Part shown: in pieces, positions 10,144-23,012 of the stretch
Position numbering within the stretch: position 1 is the first letter of the stretch
Layout: every line of letters starts with the position of its first letter
NCBI GenBank assembly: GCA_001949185.1
Contig: BDGG01000002.1
Coordinates: 8,964,362 to 9,028,361 of the forward strand
DNA: 64,000 nt
Direction: 5' to 3'
From: Ramazzottius varieornatus
Taxonomy: Eukaryota > Animalia > Tardigrada
Translations under genes and position numbers: made by a program
Notes under the pieces: model-generated
What the model was told of the DNA's origin: nothing
Seen by the model: the letters and a program-made list of their open reading frames with translations, nothing else
Databases searched by the model: none

Positions 10144-13100
10144 TTAATAGCCACGAGGTGAGCCGTTGGCGGAAGTCGAACGGCGATTGGTACTATACAG
10201 ATGTACATTACCCAGGCCGTCGCTCAGCTCGTTGTCCAGCGTTCCTTCTTCGCGTTTGAAGAGAGTGGCTACCGGAGGGCCGAGGAAGCTCTGGTTGAAA
10301 GTCTTGGTGGGCGACGGCGTTGGCACCGTCCGTCTTCCTGGGGTGAAGGCCAGCGGCGAAGACCGTTGACTGACGTTAGGCGGTGGGTGGCCGGCGATGG
10401 CGTAATACCGACGGTACTGCGCAGCGGCTGTATCTTCTTGCCAGAAACGGTACAGCAGGCCCACTACGGCCATCAGCAGGCCAATGATGACACCTGAGAC
10501 GGCATAGCGCCACCAGACGTCGTCCAGCGAAAAGCTCCGACCTTCTGCTGAACGTTGACCACCACCAGCCATGTGCGCCACTTTGACGGGTATGGTCATC
10601 TCTTGCTTAGTCCAAGGGCTACTAATGTTGACGAAGAAAGGAGACGGGAGAGAGGAAGGACTAGCCTGGGGCCGCAATGTCAGGGGATAGCGCCATCGAT
10701 GAGGACCATCTTCCGCCACCTTGTAGGCTGTGCCAATCTGCAGCCAGTCGGGATGGGAAGACTGCAGCTGAAGTTGAGCCTTGACAACCGGCGTCGCTGT
10801 AATAATCAGCAAGCCTTCCCTATGCTTGACACGAACTTCGCCAGCATCGACATGAGCCGCCGGATGAAAGTCCACTTGAAGAACCTCCACATCTGTTAAA
10901 GATATTGATACACATTGTGTTGGATCTAGTGAGATTATAATAAACTTCTCGAAACATTGACAGTAGAGCTGCTCGGAAATTGAAGCAGGTCAGCAGGGCC
11001 GAGCAGTGCCGTGCAGGGCACCAACCTGTTCGAGATTTCTGTGATTTCGTTGGAGAAGCCCACAGGCGAAAGACAATCAGCTAAAAAACTGTGCAGCTCT
11101 GATTGACAGTGCTGTGCTATGCCAACGTGACTTGCAGAAAAGGAGGCTAGACAAGATATACCTGAAGTTGGCACGGTGGTGGAAGGTCGAAGTGAGAGGA
11201 GAACATGAGCTTCAAAGGGACTGAGGGCTCGTTGCATCTCTTCACTGAGCTGCCTAGTCTGCAGTGTACAGCCAAAGTGTCCATCTTCCAAGACTTGGGC
11301 CTTGACATCAAAGACTTGACTGGCTAAAAGGCCCGTCGGGTGCATCTGGTCAAAGTCGACGACACAGCCAAAGAGCTCCTTCTCCACATTCCACAGTCTG
11401 CGCATCTGGGCCACCACATCCCTCATCTCCACTTCATCACAGTGACTTCTATGTCCTTCAGCAGCATCACCTAGAGTGAGGGGAATGTTGAGGGGCGACG
11501 GTGAGGGATTGCTGCTAAGGTGCAGCTGGCCGGGCAAGCGGCTGTGGTCAAAGCGCACGTGTTGGACAGGCTGGATGGTCAAGTGGCTCTTGACGACTTG
11601 TTGAGGCGACAGGCTGTAGTGGATAGTGGCCGTCCCGGGGTTGAGAGCCACAGCCAGACCGTCCAGGCTGGACATGTAGAGAAGACTGGGTGTGCTGCTG
11701 GACCAGCGCCCTCCATGGCCATCTTGCCTCTGCACCAGACACTGGTAACACACTACATCGCCCACCTGCAACCATCAACCATTTATCCACCATATACGCC
11801 TTCTTTGCCATGGCAAATGCACATCGGCGCCATGATCAAACTGTGTCATGTTTATAGTGTGCGAAAAATGACAAATAGTGTAATGTGCTGGTACCGTGGC
11901 CATGGTGTCGGCTGCAGGAAAGATACTACTGACACCGACCAGGCTGATAAAGTCAAAGATGCCTTCTCGTTCGCTGTCCGACACCTGCAGCAAGAAAAGG
12001 TCGGCTGGCGGATCAGAACCTTGATATAATCGACATCTAATGTCCCCAATAGGAAGCCACTTACTTTGATGATGGTTCGTCCCTCTTTCAGCGGTTTGAC
12101 AAGCAGTGTCATATTATCTTTGGGATCCCAGGATGTTTCCACCAGGCCGTTTCTACAGACAGACAAAAGGCAATGTGCACAGCAGAAGAGAAAGATGAGC
12201 GAATGAAAAGGCCATGGTGCTGACCGATGCTGGACCAGCTTGAGTGTAGTCCTGCTGGCGTAAAAGATGCGTCCCAGCTCATCATGCAGACGGCACTGCA
12301 ACGACAAGGCCAGTCCAAGGGGAAAGCTTGTCACGCTCATATCCCCGCCTGATGAGCTGTATGTCAGATCGGAGGCGGCGTTGATCGTCAAGAAGAATGC
12401 CTCCTTAACCTGCAACGATCCCTAGTATTAGTACCAGAAGTAAGAAGGAGAGATTTAATGGATAAATTGGAGAAGGGTCTGGTACCTCAATCTGAGTGGC
12501 CACTGTTCGCAGTAGACCCGCTTCCTCGGCTGTCGCTTCCACCAATGCTCTGCCCGTTCTGCATCCACTGGTCATGAGACCACGACGATCGACCTGCAGG
12601 ATATCTTCTCCTTCCACCAGCCGGTAAGTCATGGTGGCTTGTCCATCCCGCGTCGTCTTTAGAAGGGCCACCGTGTTGGGCGTCATCAAGAGCGACCTGT
12701 CGTTGCATCCGCCCATCCCCATCACCCTCAAGGCCTCCACCACCTTGACTCGTAAGGTGGCAGCCATCTTGTACCCCTTCAAGTTGACTGTCACCACTCC
12801 GGCGTTCTTGCCCACCAACCTGTTGATAACCAGCAGCGATATTAGATGGAAATCCTCAATTTCTATCATGTCCCCTACTGGACAACTAGACAGCCTTGGC
12901 TAGTAGGACGAACCTGGCGCCAAAAGCTTGGGCAGTGAGGAGGGCCACGTCGGCATTATCCAGTGACCAGGCAAACCGCATCGGTGGCCTGACGGAGCCG
13001 AAAGCGAATGGCGTCTGGGCGGAGGGTGTCAAGCCCATAGCCAGCAGTGGCACCTCTTGGCCCACTTCGATGAGAGCTGTCGGTGCGTGAATGGTCACGC

Positions 13101-16100
13101 CTTTCAGCTCGACGACGTGGACGGTGACTTGGTCTTGGGAAAGGACCACTTCCTGTTGTGTTACGGGGTCGACGTCTAACACGTGGGCAGTGACGACGCT
13201 AGTACCCACTTTGCGGCCTTCTAGCAAGCCACTGTGCACGTCCACCGAGGAGACATCACGTTTGTCGCTGACAAAGCCAAGGGGAGTGAGGGGCTGCGGC
13301 CCTCCGCTGCTGGCCAACTGGAAGTGGGCCGTCGGTAGGAGCGTGACATTCCGTGGTTCTAGACGTAGTGGAGCAAAGACCTACACGATAAACTGCCCCT
13401 ATACGTATCGCCCTCCTACATTAATGCGCACGAACATGTGTGACACCGTACCTGAATATCGACCGCGTTACTGTTGACTTCCGTCGTATTGCCTCGATGA
13501 GCCTTGAAACCTAGTCTGCTCCGTCCCACTGTGCTACCCGACAAGACATACATCTTTTGCCGGTCACTGCCTTGTTTCTCCTCTTCCTTCAGCACCAGAC
13601 TCTGGCCAGCCAGCAACGGTTCAAGCCCAATCAGCGGGTAGTTCTTAACGGGCAACAGCTGCTGCTCCGTGTCGTACACTCTCACCAGTGCCGCCATCTT
13701 CTTCCCTACTTGTACTTTGTCCCCCACGACCAGCTCCAGACGTTGCAGGCCGACAACGGTGACGGGCAGCTGGATGGGATGGGCGCTGGTACAGACATCG
13801 TAGGCCGTCATCATCAACTGGCCATTCTCCTCTCCCGGGACGACGGCCAAGGTGCGCGACTGGAGCTGGTATCGAACCTTGGCCATGGACGGCTGGCTGG
13901 AGACAATGTGGAAGAAGCCCGAGCCGTCACGGATGGTCACACTTTCTTGGTTAGTTGGATGGCTGAAGAGGATCAAGCGCTCCTTGTCGAAGGTCGGTTC
14001 TTGCACCAACACCACTTCCAACACTATAAAAATGGGAAAACGTCATTTTAATCACCCATCGGTTTTTCCCAAGAAACCATCTCAGCTGCAAAACGAAACG
14101 TGATTTGAGGTAAAGGTTTCTTTGTTGAAAGTCATGACACTCCTCTGATCATGCTGACCGGTTCTTTCTTCCTTCCAACTCCCGACATTGATCTTAGCTG
14201 AGGCAATTATGGTATATCATGTTACCGGAATGTAGTTGGTGGCTGAGGTGGGGTGCGTGGGCGTTGTAATGTTCCTTCAGCCATGCTTTAGCTTTGGGCG
14301 TATATCCATCCAGTGTCACTACCACCTTGGTCCTTCCTGTCCTGTCATGGGCCTGCAACACTTGCCGCTTGTCATTCACACCCAGCCACTCATCTTTGCT
14401 GGCTGCCAAGGACAGTAGCCGGCTGTTAGCCATCTTCCAGGAGAAATGCAGAGAGGAGAAGTTGTAAAACTCTCGACCCTTCTCGTCAAAGACCCGCAGC
14501 TCGATGGCTACTGGCGATTTAACCAGAATGGGAAAGGCATTGTCCGACACCTCATCCGGCTGCCACGGACACTGGGGCAATCCTACAAAAAGGACCAAAT
14601 GCACGCGATTTACAACATTATATGCAGGAGCAGAAAGCAGAGTCGGAAAGTCTTTTCAGTACATTTGGCCCTTTTTCTAGAGTATTTTACAGAGGCGTCC
14701 AACAGGTTGGTGCCCTGCACGGCCTTGCTAGCCATCTCCCAAGAAAACCTCGTTAGCAAAAGCCAGCTGACTAGTAACGCAGCTTTACTTCTTACCGAGA
14801 GAAATGTCGTGATTAACCAGAGGCGTCATGGAGAAGCTGGCCGGTTCGGCACAAACCACTTGGACTTTCAGCTGGGCCGTGACTGGCTTGGGCAGGGTTT
14901 TGGAGGGAGCATTGCGGACTTGCAGCGTCACTTCTTCGCTGCCCAAGGTGGTGCACGTCACTTCCTTCAAGGCCGAGCTGCTGGATCCGCCCACTGTGCG
15001 GCTGGCCGTCACCTTGTCCTCTCCCACCATGACACTGCCATGTCCAGCTGGATCGTCAGTCCACGGCGCTGGACCACCTACACACAACAAAAGCCCACGC
15101 ATGAGCGTCATGAAATTGAATGGGATGGTCATAGAGGTGTACTTTAGTCCATTTCATGACTAACTTACCTTTGAAGTGGAAGAGTTTGCTGCTGCCCACC
15201 GTGAGGATCACCGGTTGCTCCGTAGGGCCTTCGGCACTGCGCAGAAGGGGAAAAGCACCGATGGTCACTTCTTGGGTAGCAATAACTTCCTTGACTCCCA
15301 CCACGTAGGAAATGACAACTTTGGCAAAGCCCGGCGTCAGAGCCTTTAGCTTGACAAAGGTGCAGCCACCTTCCTGCCCTACAGCCTGCATGACGCTACC
15401 CTTCATAGCGCCTTCACCGACCTCTTCTCGGGTAAAGAGCTGCTCATCCGAGATGGCCACTCGTAGCGACAGTCTGCGGCAGTCATACAGCGGCAGTAGC
15501 TGATTTGAACCTGCACACAAACATCCATCATTATTTGACCCGCTTAGAGCACCTAATCAGGATGCCTTCACCTGGAATGCGTCCCCGAGCGGCAATGGGA
15601 AGGACGAGGCTGCTGTTGATTTGAGCTTCGCGAGTGGACGGCAGAACGCTCAGGTGGGAAAGGGTTAAAGCGTACAACTTGGCCGTGGCGTAGTGGGCCA
15701 CATTGCGGGCATCGAAGGCCGTCACTGTCACTGCACCGAGATGCCCACCCAACTTGGCCATGCCGTTGTTCTTGTCGACGCTGACAACCTGACTGTTGTT
15801 GGACATCCAGCTGTAGTCACCACTTCCGCCTGTCGCTCGCAGTTTCACCCGGTATTCCTGGCTTGCTTCGTACGGAACGGCCAAGATGGTCGGCTTGACC
15901 GCCACCTGCACACAAAACGGTCAAGCACAAGCCTCAGACGGTGAAAACTCTATAAGGGGGAAAAGTCTTTCGTGGTTACCGGATCGAAGATCTCGACGTT
16001 TTGACGCTTGGTTAGAGCTGGCAGGACTTCGAACTCTATACCGTCGATGGAAGCCAGCTGAGCGCTAACCACCGTCTTGCCCGTCTTCTTGGCCACCACC

Positions 16101-17698
16101 AGATGATACGACCCATTGTGCGACGAGTGCAAGATTTGAAAGAAGGCTTGATCAAGCCCAAAGCTGATGTGGACGTTGTCGGAGATGTGGAGGAGGTGAC
16201 TATCGCGATCATAAAGCTCCACCATCATTTCGTAGGCTCGACCAGTTTGCAGTATCCAACTTCGACCTATCAACATTAGCATGCAAACTCTATAGTCGTC
16301 CCGTTTGAAAGAAACGGCTTATGGTCACAAGACTACTCGGATATCTTGTCGAGCTGAACAATACCTGGAAGAATGACCAAGTTGATGTAGGCCACTTGGA
16401 CGACGTGAAGGACAGCGCTGGGCAGATGTCCATCGGCCTGCTGCATATGGCGGTCTTTGAGGATGACTCGAGCGTCGCCCAGCTCACTACAAGTCACCGT
16501 CGTCGTTCGCTGATCCAACGTACAGACATTATCACTGACAATATCCAGGTAGTACTGCTTCGAAGGCATCTCGATGTCGAAACTGCTGGCCTGCAACCGT
16601 CGTCAAATTACTCAAATAACGAAACTTAACATAACATGGACGTCATTTCAATCCAAAAAGAATTCAAAACTGTCCTCTTCAGCTTGAGGAACTTGCCTGT
16701 TTGATCTGCTGGACACGGTAGTGAATAGTGCCATGTTGTGGGAGGTAGATGTCATGAGGAGGAAGCAGCATCAGGTTAGCCACCACCACAATCCGCACAG
16801 AGGTCCGGATGTCAGTGTCCTTCAAGGCAGCCGACACAATGGCCGAACCGGTCTGCATCCCTTCAACAAGGACCATGAAACCACGTCGACCTCGTTCCTC
16901 CAGCTCCGATATGGTCGAAGGTGGCTTGTACTGCGTATCGGCGAACTTGGTCATTTTCAGGATGTGGTGCGCGCTGACAATCTTCTGTGGCTGCTGCGTC
17001 TCGTCGTTGTGGATGGTCCACACAAACTCCAACCCTTCCAACGAGGTAAAGGTGTCTCCCTTGGCATCTTTCCCGCGAATTTCAAAGGCCTCCGGAGCAT
17101 CTTCCAGGAACAGCTCTTGGGTCGTAGTGACGATCTCGATGGAGGTGATACTATCGACAACGACGTCGCAGCGGAATCGTTCAGCTTGTCCAGGTGAGTG
17201 TGCCCACACGATGCTGGTCAGACGGTTGGGAGACCGAGAAACCGCTGACACAACAGCTGCCGACGAACAGGACACCAGCTGAGAAGACGCTTTCTGCTCG
17301 TCTTCCGACACCGAAACAGCTTGCACAGCCACTATAACACAAAAACAAAAATTCGGATGTCACGCATGATGTCATCGCTGTTTACGCATCCCTCAGTTCA
17401 GCCCTGGCCTAACATCCACCGTTGCTTACGTCACAAGGCAACCGCGACAATAACAGGATACACTGAATCGAACAATCAGAGGTAACGTACCAACGTCCGG
17501 TCGCGTAGACTCCCAGCTGAAGCAACCTAAATCGTCCCCATCAGTGACGCGTAAAGTAAAATTCGTTACAACGGTCCCAGCTCGCGGAAGCAACACTCGT
17601 GGGACACTAATTTTATGCTGTGCTTGACACTCCGTCAGCAATGATACGATGAGCAGAATAAAGACGAATGTAAGGAGAGATCCGCGTTCCTTCTCCAT
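10144..17698 (-). CDS. NUP210: Nuclear pore membrane glycoprotein 210 (gp210), multi-exon
   Basis: Signal peptide followed by KISVPRVLLP..NFTL..GCFSWESTRPDV; RCDVVVDSI..IVTTTQELFLEDAPEAFEIRG..GDTFTSLEGLEFVW; repeated Ig-like segments (ATGGSGDYSWMS; GGPQP; TPFAFGS); C-terminal TM helix (WWRYAVSGVIIGLL) and S/P-rich tail. Confidence 0.93.
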
Positions 17699-18308
17699 TC
17701 TTCGTCACTCTGGCAAACTACTGCTCAGCGAATGGCTTTGGATCCACCCTTCGAACAGCACCGTGTGCACGAAAATTCCGCCGGTGATACTAAGTGAAAT
17801 GGACTGCAACTTCAATTCATTATGGGGTAGCCGGCCGGCGATATCACAATTCACAACTTCAAACTCGTTAGAATTTCACGAAAGTGGAAAATTCATCGGC
17901 TGAGCACGGTAGAGCAGCAGTACTTCGTCGTCTGTAAACGACAGCGTGCCAAAATGTGGGTTGATTCGGTCGCCACCCTAGATGAGTGAAGAATATTCAT
18001 CAGCAGTTACCCAGTAGGTCGGAGAATCAAATTATGATCTGGATATTTACGAAACGTAAGTTGCAGAGATAACAGAAATTTGTCTGTTTTTATTTTTCAT
18101 AATCATTACGTGACGATAACAGAATTTCCTTTTTGTTTGCATTTCCTTTTGGGACCAGTCGAGTTGCCGCATGTGGCGCTACAGTTTTCTTCTGGTTTGG
18201 TTGTATGGTCGATGACGTACCAAATATTCCCCCCGGCTCGATACTCCCATAACGCAATCAATTAACCGCTTAATCGTGTGTCCTAATTTCTGGCAAGGCG
18301 AGGTACAG

Positions 18309-18749
18309 TACAGCACTGGGCCGCAGGTCCAAAAGTACGCTGCAACTGTGCTGCGCACATTACCAGAGCGCTGTACGCTGCGCTGTGCTGCACAGCTTTC
18401 ATGCCCAGTGGCTGAGCAACTGTGCTGCAGATGCACGGTAACCTGGTGCAACTGCGCGGAACGCCGATGTATTGACGTGGTTTGTAATTCAGTCAGCGAA
18501 ATCGGTAGTCAACCTGGAGAACGTTGCCCTAAAGTACGGCAAAGCTGAGACGGCTGACGTTCGAATGCCCAAAAACTGTAATTTTCGTTAGGTTTCGGCA
18601 GGTGCATCTGCGCGGTAGTCTTTGGCTTTCTGCTGCATGCTGTGCTGTGCCGTGCCGTACAAATTTCGTCAGTTCACGCGCTGCAGCTGTGCTGCAGCAC
18701 AGCACAGCTGTAGTGCAGTGCAGCGCATGCGGCCACATTCCGTGCTCTA
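18309..18749. mobile_element. hAT-family MITE
   Basis: Ends TACAGCAC..GGCCGCA and TGCGGCC..GTGCTCTA; perfect 8-bp TSD AGGTACAG (18301-18308, 18750-18757); GCTGTGCTGCA subterminal repeats. Confidence 0.82.
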
Positions 18750-18798
18750 AGGTACAGCCGCTCATCAGTGGTGCATAAACGAGCTGCTTTCTCTTGCC

Positions 18799-18980
18799 TA
18801 ATGCTGGGTTAAATATGATATATCGTATCTTATCGAAATATACATCACAGTGATTCGATATGACAAAAATATCATATAGAAATGTCGATATGGACGGAAT
18901 ATCGCTGAGCGGAATCTGATTGATGAAAAATATCATATCGCGGTATATTTGTATATTTCTGATATATCGATAGATCGCAA
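18799..18980. repeat. Probable hAT terminal fragment with ATATCG/CGATAT repeats
   Basis: Starts TAATGCTGGG and is followed by dense ATATCG motifs. No convincing partner end or TSD. Confidence 0.45.
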
Positions 18981-19555
18981 ACCCACACTTGTGAATCGGA
19001 ACTTCGGAAGTCAATACTCCGGTTCGGTACCACGCAGGCAGCGCAGCCTCGCCCGCAATGTATCGCGCACATGCATCCAAGCTGACTTCGGAGAAGTGAA
19101 AAGTCAGCGTACCTAGGTGCGTAACGACAGACTTCGATAGATTGAGCAACGAACAGAGCATAAAAATGGTCCGTTAAGCGGAACTATACTGCAGTTAACG
19201 GAAAATTCGGTCGGCTTCCGTTCTGGAATTCCCGAAATTATTCCCGCTTTTTTCCGTTCGGTTTCTGACATATTGACGTTCCGCCCGTTCCGTTCTGATC
19301 AGACAGGCTGTTAGAAAATCAAATAATTACGTAACACGGCCGCATAGCAGAGCACGTAAGCTATAATTAAATACGGCTTGAATTCTGACCATCGCGCAAC
19401 TCATTGAGCAAGTCGCTAGATTGTATCACAGACTCCTATGTGTTCTAAATCGACTTGCCAACTTGCGGTAGATTCTTGTATTAGTTTGGTTTTGGATTTG
19501 GTCCGCTGGTTTTGATATCGTCTCTTAATCTACCACGTCGCTGGCAGGCTGGATC

Positions 19556-21355
19556 ATGTAAGTGCAGCTCATATTCGGTTAGAGTACGGTAAGATAATAG
19601 TGGTTTTGTAGGTCGGGACAGAGTTCGGGCGATGGAGGTGAAGTGGAGCTGATAGATCTGACCGGCGAAGCCTTGAAGAAGCGAGCTAGCGATTCAAAGC
19701 GCGCTGCGAAGAAAGTTAAGGCGTCAACCTCACTGCAGCTAAGAGGACTTGCGATAGCCGAGGTACAACGCGGCATCAAAGATGAGTCTTTGGCGACCAA
19801 AAAGAATGCGAGTGGAGGCAGGGCCGTGTGGGAAGATTTCTTACGAGTAGTCACAGTGGGTACAGACGAGGTGCTGGACTTCGTTGCCTGTAAGAACTGC
19901 ACTCAAGTGTACACTTTCAGCATCAAGACTGGAACAACCTCGCTATTACATCATTCAGCCAAGTGTAAGGAGAAAGCCGCAGGTTCGATACAGCGGTATC
20001 TGAAGGTCGGAGTAACGACGGAAGAAAAGCAACTCATGTCGGAAGCTCTTGCAAAGTAATATTGAAATTGCTAATTTGATCTTACGTTATTGTTTGACGG
20101 ATTTTGATGTGTGCTATTGTTCAAAGATTCTGTGCTTTGGATTCTCAAGCATTTCGAGTTTGCGAAGGAAAAGGATTCGAGCTGATGATTGACACGGTGT
20201 TGGAGATAGCAAAAAAGCATAAAGGAGCTCCTTTTCCTGCTCGCGAACTTCTTCCATCTGCTACCACCGTTAGCACCAGCGTGACCAATCAAGCTAAAGC
20301 TCTACGGAAGATAAGTGTTCTAAAGCTGAAAAAGATCCTTCGAACCAGAGGTGTCTGTATCAGCGTAGATGGATGGACGGAAGACTACACAAAGACCAAG
20401 TTCGTCCAATTCATCATCCATTACATGGAGGACTGCATTCTAAAGGAAGAGCTGATTACTATATCTGAGTTCGATGCGACTAAGAGTCAGACAGGTAAGT
20501 TTAGATCTTGTAATCAAAAGCATTGTCGGATTACGGGCTGGTGTTTTGCAGCTGGGTCAGTTCGTGACTTTGTTTTTAAGACTTTGGCAGACATTTGCAT
20601 CTCAGAAGAAGAATGCGCGGACGCTACGTACATAACAGATACTGCTGCTACTATGATTGCTGCCTTCAGAGTTCCAAATAGGACCATTCTTGAACGTGTC
20701 AGCTGTGCTCGTCATATGCTCAACACATGCTTACAAAACTCAGTTAACCGGAAGCCAAATTCGCAGTTCAAACTGAGTGATGAAAGAGTTCCGATTTCAA
20801 CCTTGATTCAGTCCTGTAGGTCGCTGGTAACGTACTGCAAGCAAGCCTATCTTAGCCGCCGTCTGTCGGTTGCCCCTGTTCAAGCGGTCGAGTGCGACCA
20901 TCAATAGCATGCAGAAAATGTGCGGAACAACCAGCTTAACTGCACAGCCAATAGCAGCGACCACAGATGCAGCTTCGTCGTTCACCGAGTTTAACCAGTT
21001 CTGCCGTTATTCCTACACTGGAAGTGCGGTCAATCACGCTGACGAGATAACTCTCTTTCAAAGCCTGCCGCCACCTGTAAGCTCCAAACTGATCCCGGAA
21101 TTCTGGCAAGAGCATGCAGCTACTCTTTCGAAGGTTTACAAGCTGGATGTGCGGGTTCTCGCGGTTCCCGCCTCTAGCTGTTCCCCCGAAAGACTGTTCA
21201 GTGATGCTGGAAGTGTTTTCACCGAAAAGGGAACTTCCCTAGGCAGCGAGAAGTTAGATGATCTGCTGTACTTGAAGTGGAATTTGGTTGTGGAAGATAG
21301 TGGAAAGCCGAAGACATCGGCGAAAAATAGTTTACCGGAGGATGTTAAAGCGTGA
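19556..21355 (+). mobile_element. hAT transposase remnant with introns and an internal deletion
   Basis: BED finger (VWEDF..CKNC..GTTSLLHH..C), ISVDGWT, ITDTAATM, SCARH (CxxH) and the dimerisation domain FWQEH..LAVPASSCSPERLFS. Deletion/frameshift near 20890 removes the TRW region. Confidence 0.88.
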
Positions 21356-22059
21356 ATCTTTGGCGATCATAAACTGTTGATTTCTGTGCGAACGGTGTTG
21401 TAGCATTGGATGTGCGCTTTGTATGGGAACTTTCACCCACCTGGCATTAGGAGGCGCGTATGTGCCGATTGGACGGCTATCCGCTATTGTAAATATATGC
21501 CGGAGCTCTGACCACTTGCATAGTGCGCACCTCGAAATGCTAGGTGCAGTTGGTGGTCTTTAAAGTTCCTATACACAGCGCAAATCCATGCTGTGCAGGG
21601 CGATAATCAGCAGCTCGTCTGTGGCCATGTGGATCCAGCTGTGTTGGCACGCCGCCTGTTGAACCGTGCACACCGGACCAAAGTAAAGCTGGTTTATCTG
21701 AGCAAAGTCGCAAACCATTAAATTTCATCAATGGATTTGGCCATTTCGGAATCTTTGGGATTCCTTGTTCTCTGCTAACTTAGGTTCGTTCCGATAGGTT
21801 TGGCGGTAATCATCGATGTTTTTGCTTCCAAGAAAGACGAGCTGGATATATTTGAGAGAGCAGAAAGTCTTGGACGGTATATGGAAGACTTCGCCCTGCA
21901 GACTCACCGTTCTTCCGTCTGTCACCGTAAGTGTGCGCAAGACGCCATTCATTTTGCTGTTTTCGTTGTGGGCTGGCTGGCAGGTTTCCAGATCATTTGT
22001 GACGTCATGGATGGTGAAATCTTTGTTTTTTTGCAGGTGTATGGGATTTGTTATTATAA

Positions 22060-22740
22060 ATGCCTGATCTAACTTCGCCTCCTGGCCCTCCAAAGCCCCT
22101 TATCCGTGACTACTTCATGAAAATGTCGTCTCTTCGCCGAGTCTTCTTCTTCCCCACCATCATGTACAATGTATTAGCGGATACCGTCACTTCGCGCAAC
22201 TGGTTCAACCGGATTGATGAGCACATTGTGTTGGGCGCCATCCCTTTTCGTAAGGCCCTTCTGCATCTCATCACGACTGAAGACATAAAGGTAAAGGTAA
22301 AACTGCCGTCCTAAATGGCTAAAACATTTCCAGAGTGGCCCTTTGTTATTCAGGGAGTGATATCGATGAACGAAGAGTTTGAGTTGAATCCTAAATGGTA
22401 CGCGACGCCAGCGGAAATGGCCAGATTGGATCTGGAATTTTTGAATCTGCCGGTGGATGACTACGTGGGGCTGCCTTCTTCAGAGCAGATCGCCTCTGGT
22501 CTCGACTTTATCCAGCACATCATCACTGACAAGCAGGGAAGTGTCTACGTTCATTGCAAAGCCGGACGTTCGCGGAGTGCGTACTTGGTTACGGCCTATC
22601 TGATTGCCAAAGAGGGAGGGAAAGCCGAAGACGTGATTGAGCATCTCAAGTCCAAGCGTCCTCAGGTCTGGATCGGACCCAAAGGAGTCAGATCGCTGAA
22701 GGACTACTACAAAGAAGCTATTAAACGCCCCGTTCAGTAG
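22060..22740 (+). CDS. PTPMT1: Mitochondrial phosphatidylglycerophosphatase PTPMT1
   Basis: RVFFFPTIMYNV..RNWFNRIDEHIVLGAIPF; intron 22291-22353; GVISMNEEFE; active-site motif VYVHCKAGRSRSA. Start may be ATG 22117. Confidence 0.93.
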
Positions 22741-23012
22741 ATGTTCTTCCGAAAGTCAGTTCGCTATGATTCTTACGAACTAAGTGGCCTGGGCTCCCGT
22801 ATTGGAAAGTTTTTAGTAGTGTACTATTAGTAATTCTTCATGCTGCTTTACATTTCGTTAATGGATAACTCCGATGCGTGTCCAGTGTTCCCGTCTTAAC
22901 TTTACTGCTGAAACACAGATCTAAGGATCTGACATGAGAATCCCGAAGAACCCGATTCCCCGTTTCCGGTCCGCGCGGAACAATAGAATGAAACTGGCAG
23001 ATCATCAGGATA

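Noticed and set aside
10166-17282. Many plus-strand ORFs over NUP210 (likewise antisense ORFs over ADAM10, tomosyn and CRE)
   Set aside because: Shadow ORFs of coding exons with no independent motifs.
18529-19161. 210-aa minus-strand ORF
   Set aside because: It runs across MITE and ATATCG repeat sequence and is probably spurious.
18799-21449. TAATGCTGGG and CCTGGCATTA as the ends of one hAT element
   Set aside because: The match is short and imperfect, and the 8-bp flanks differ.
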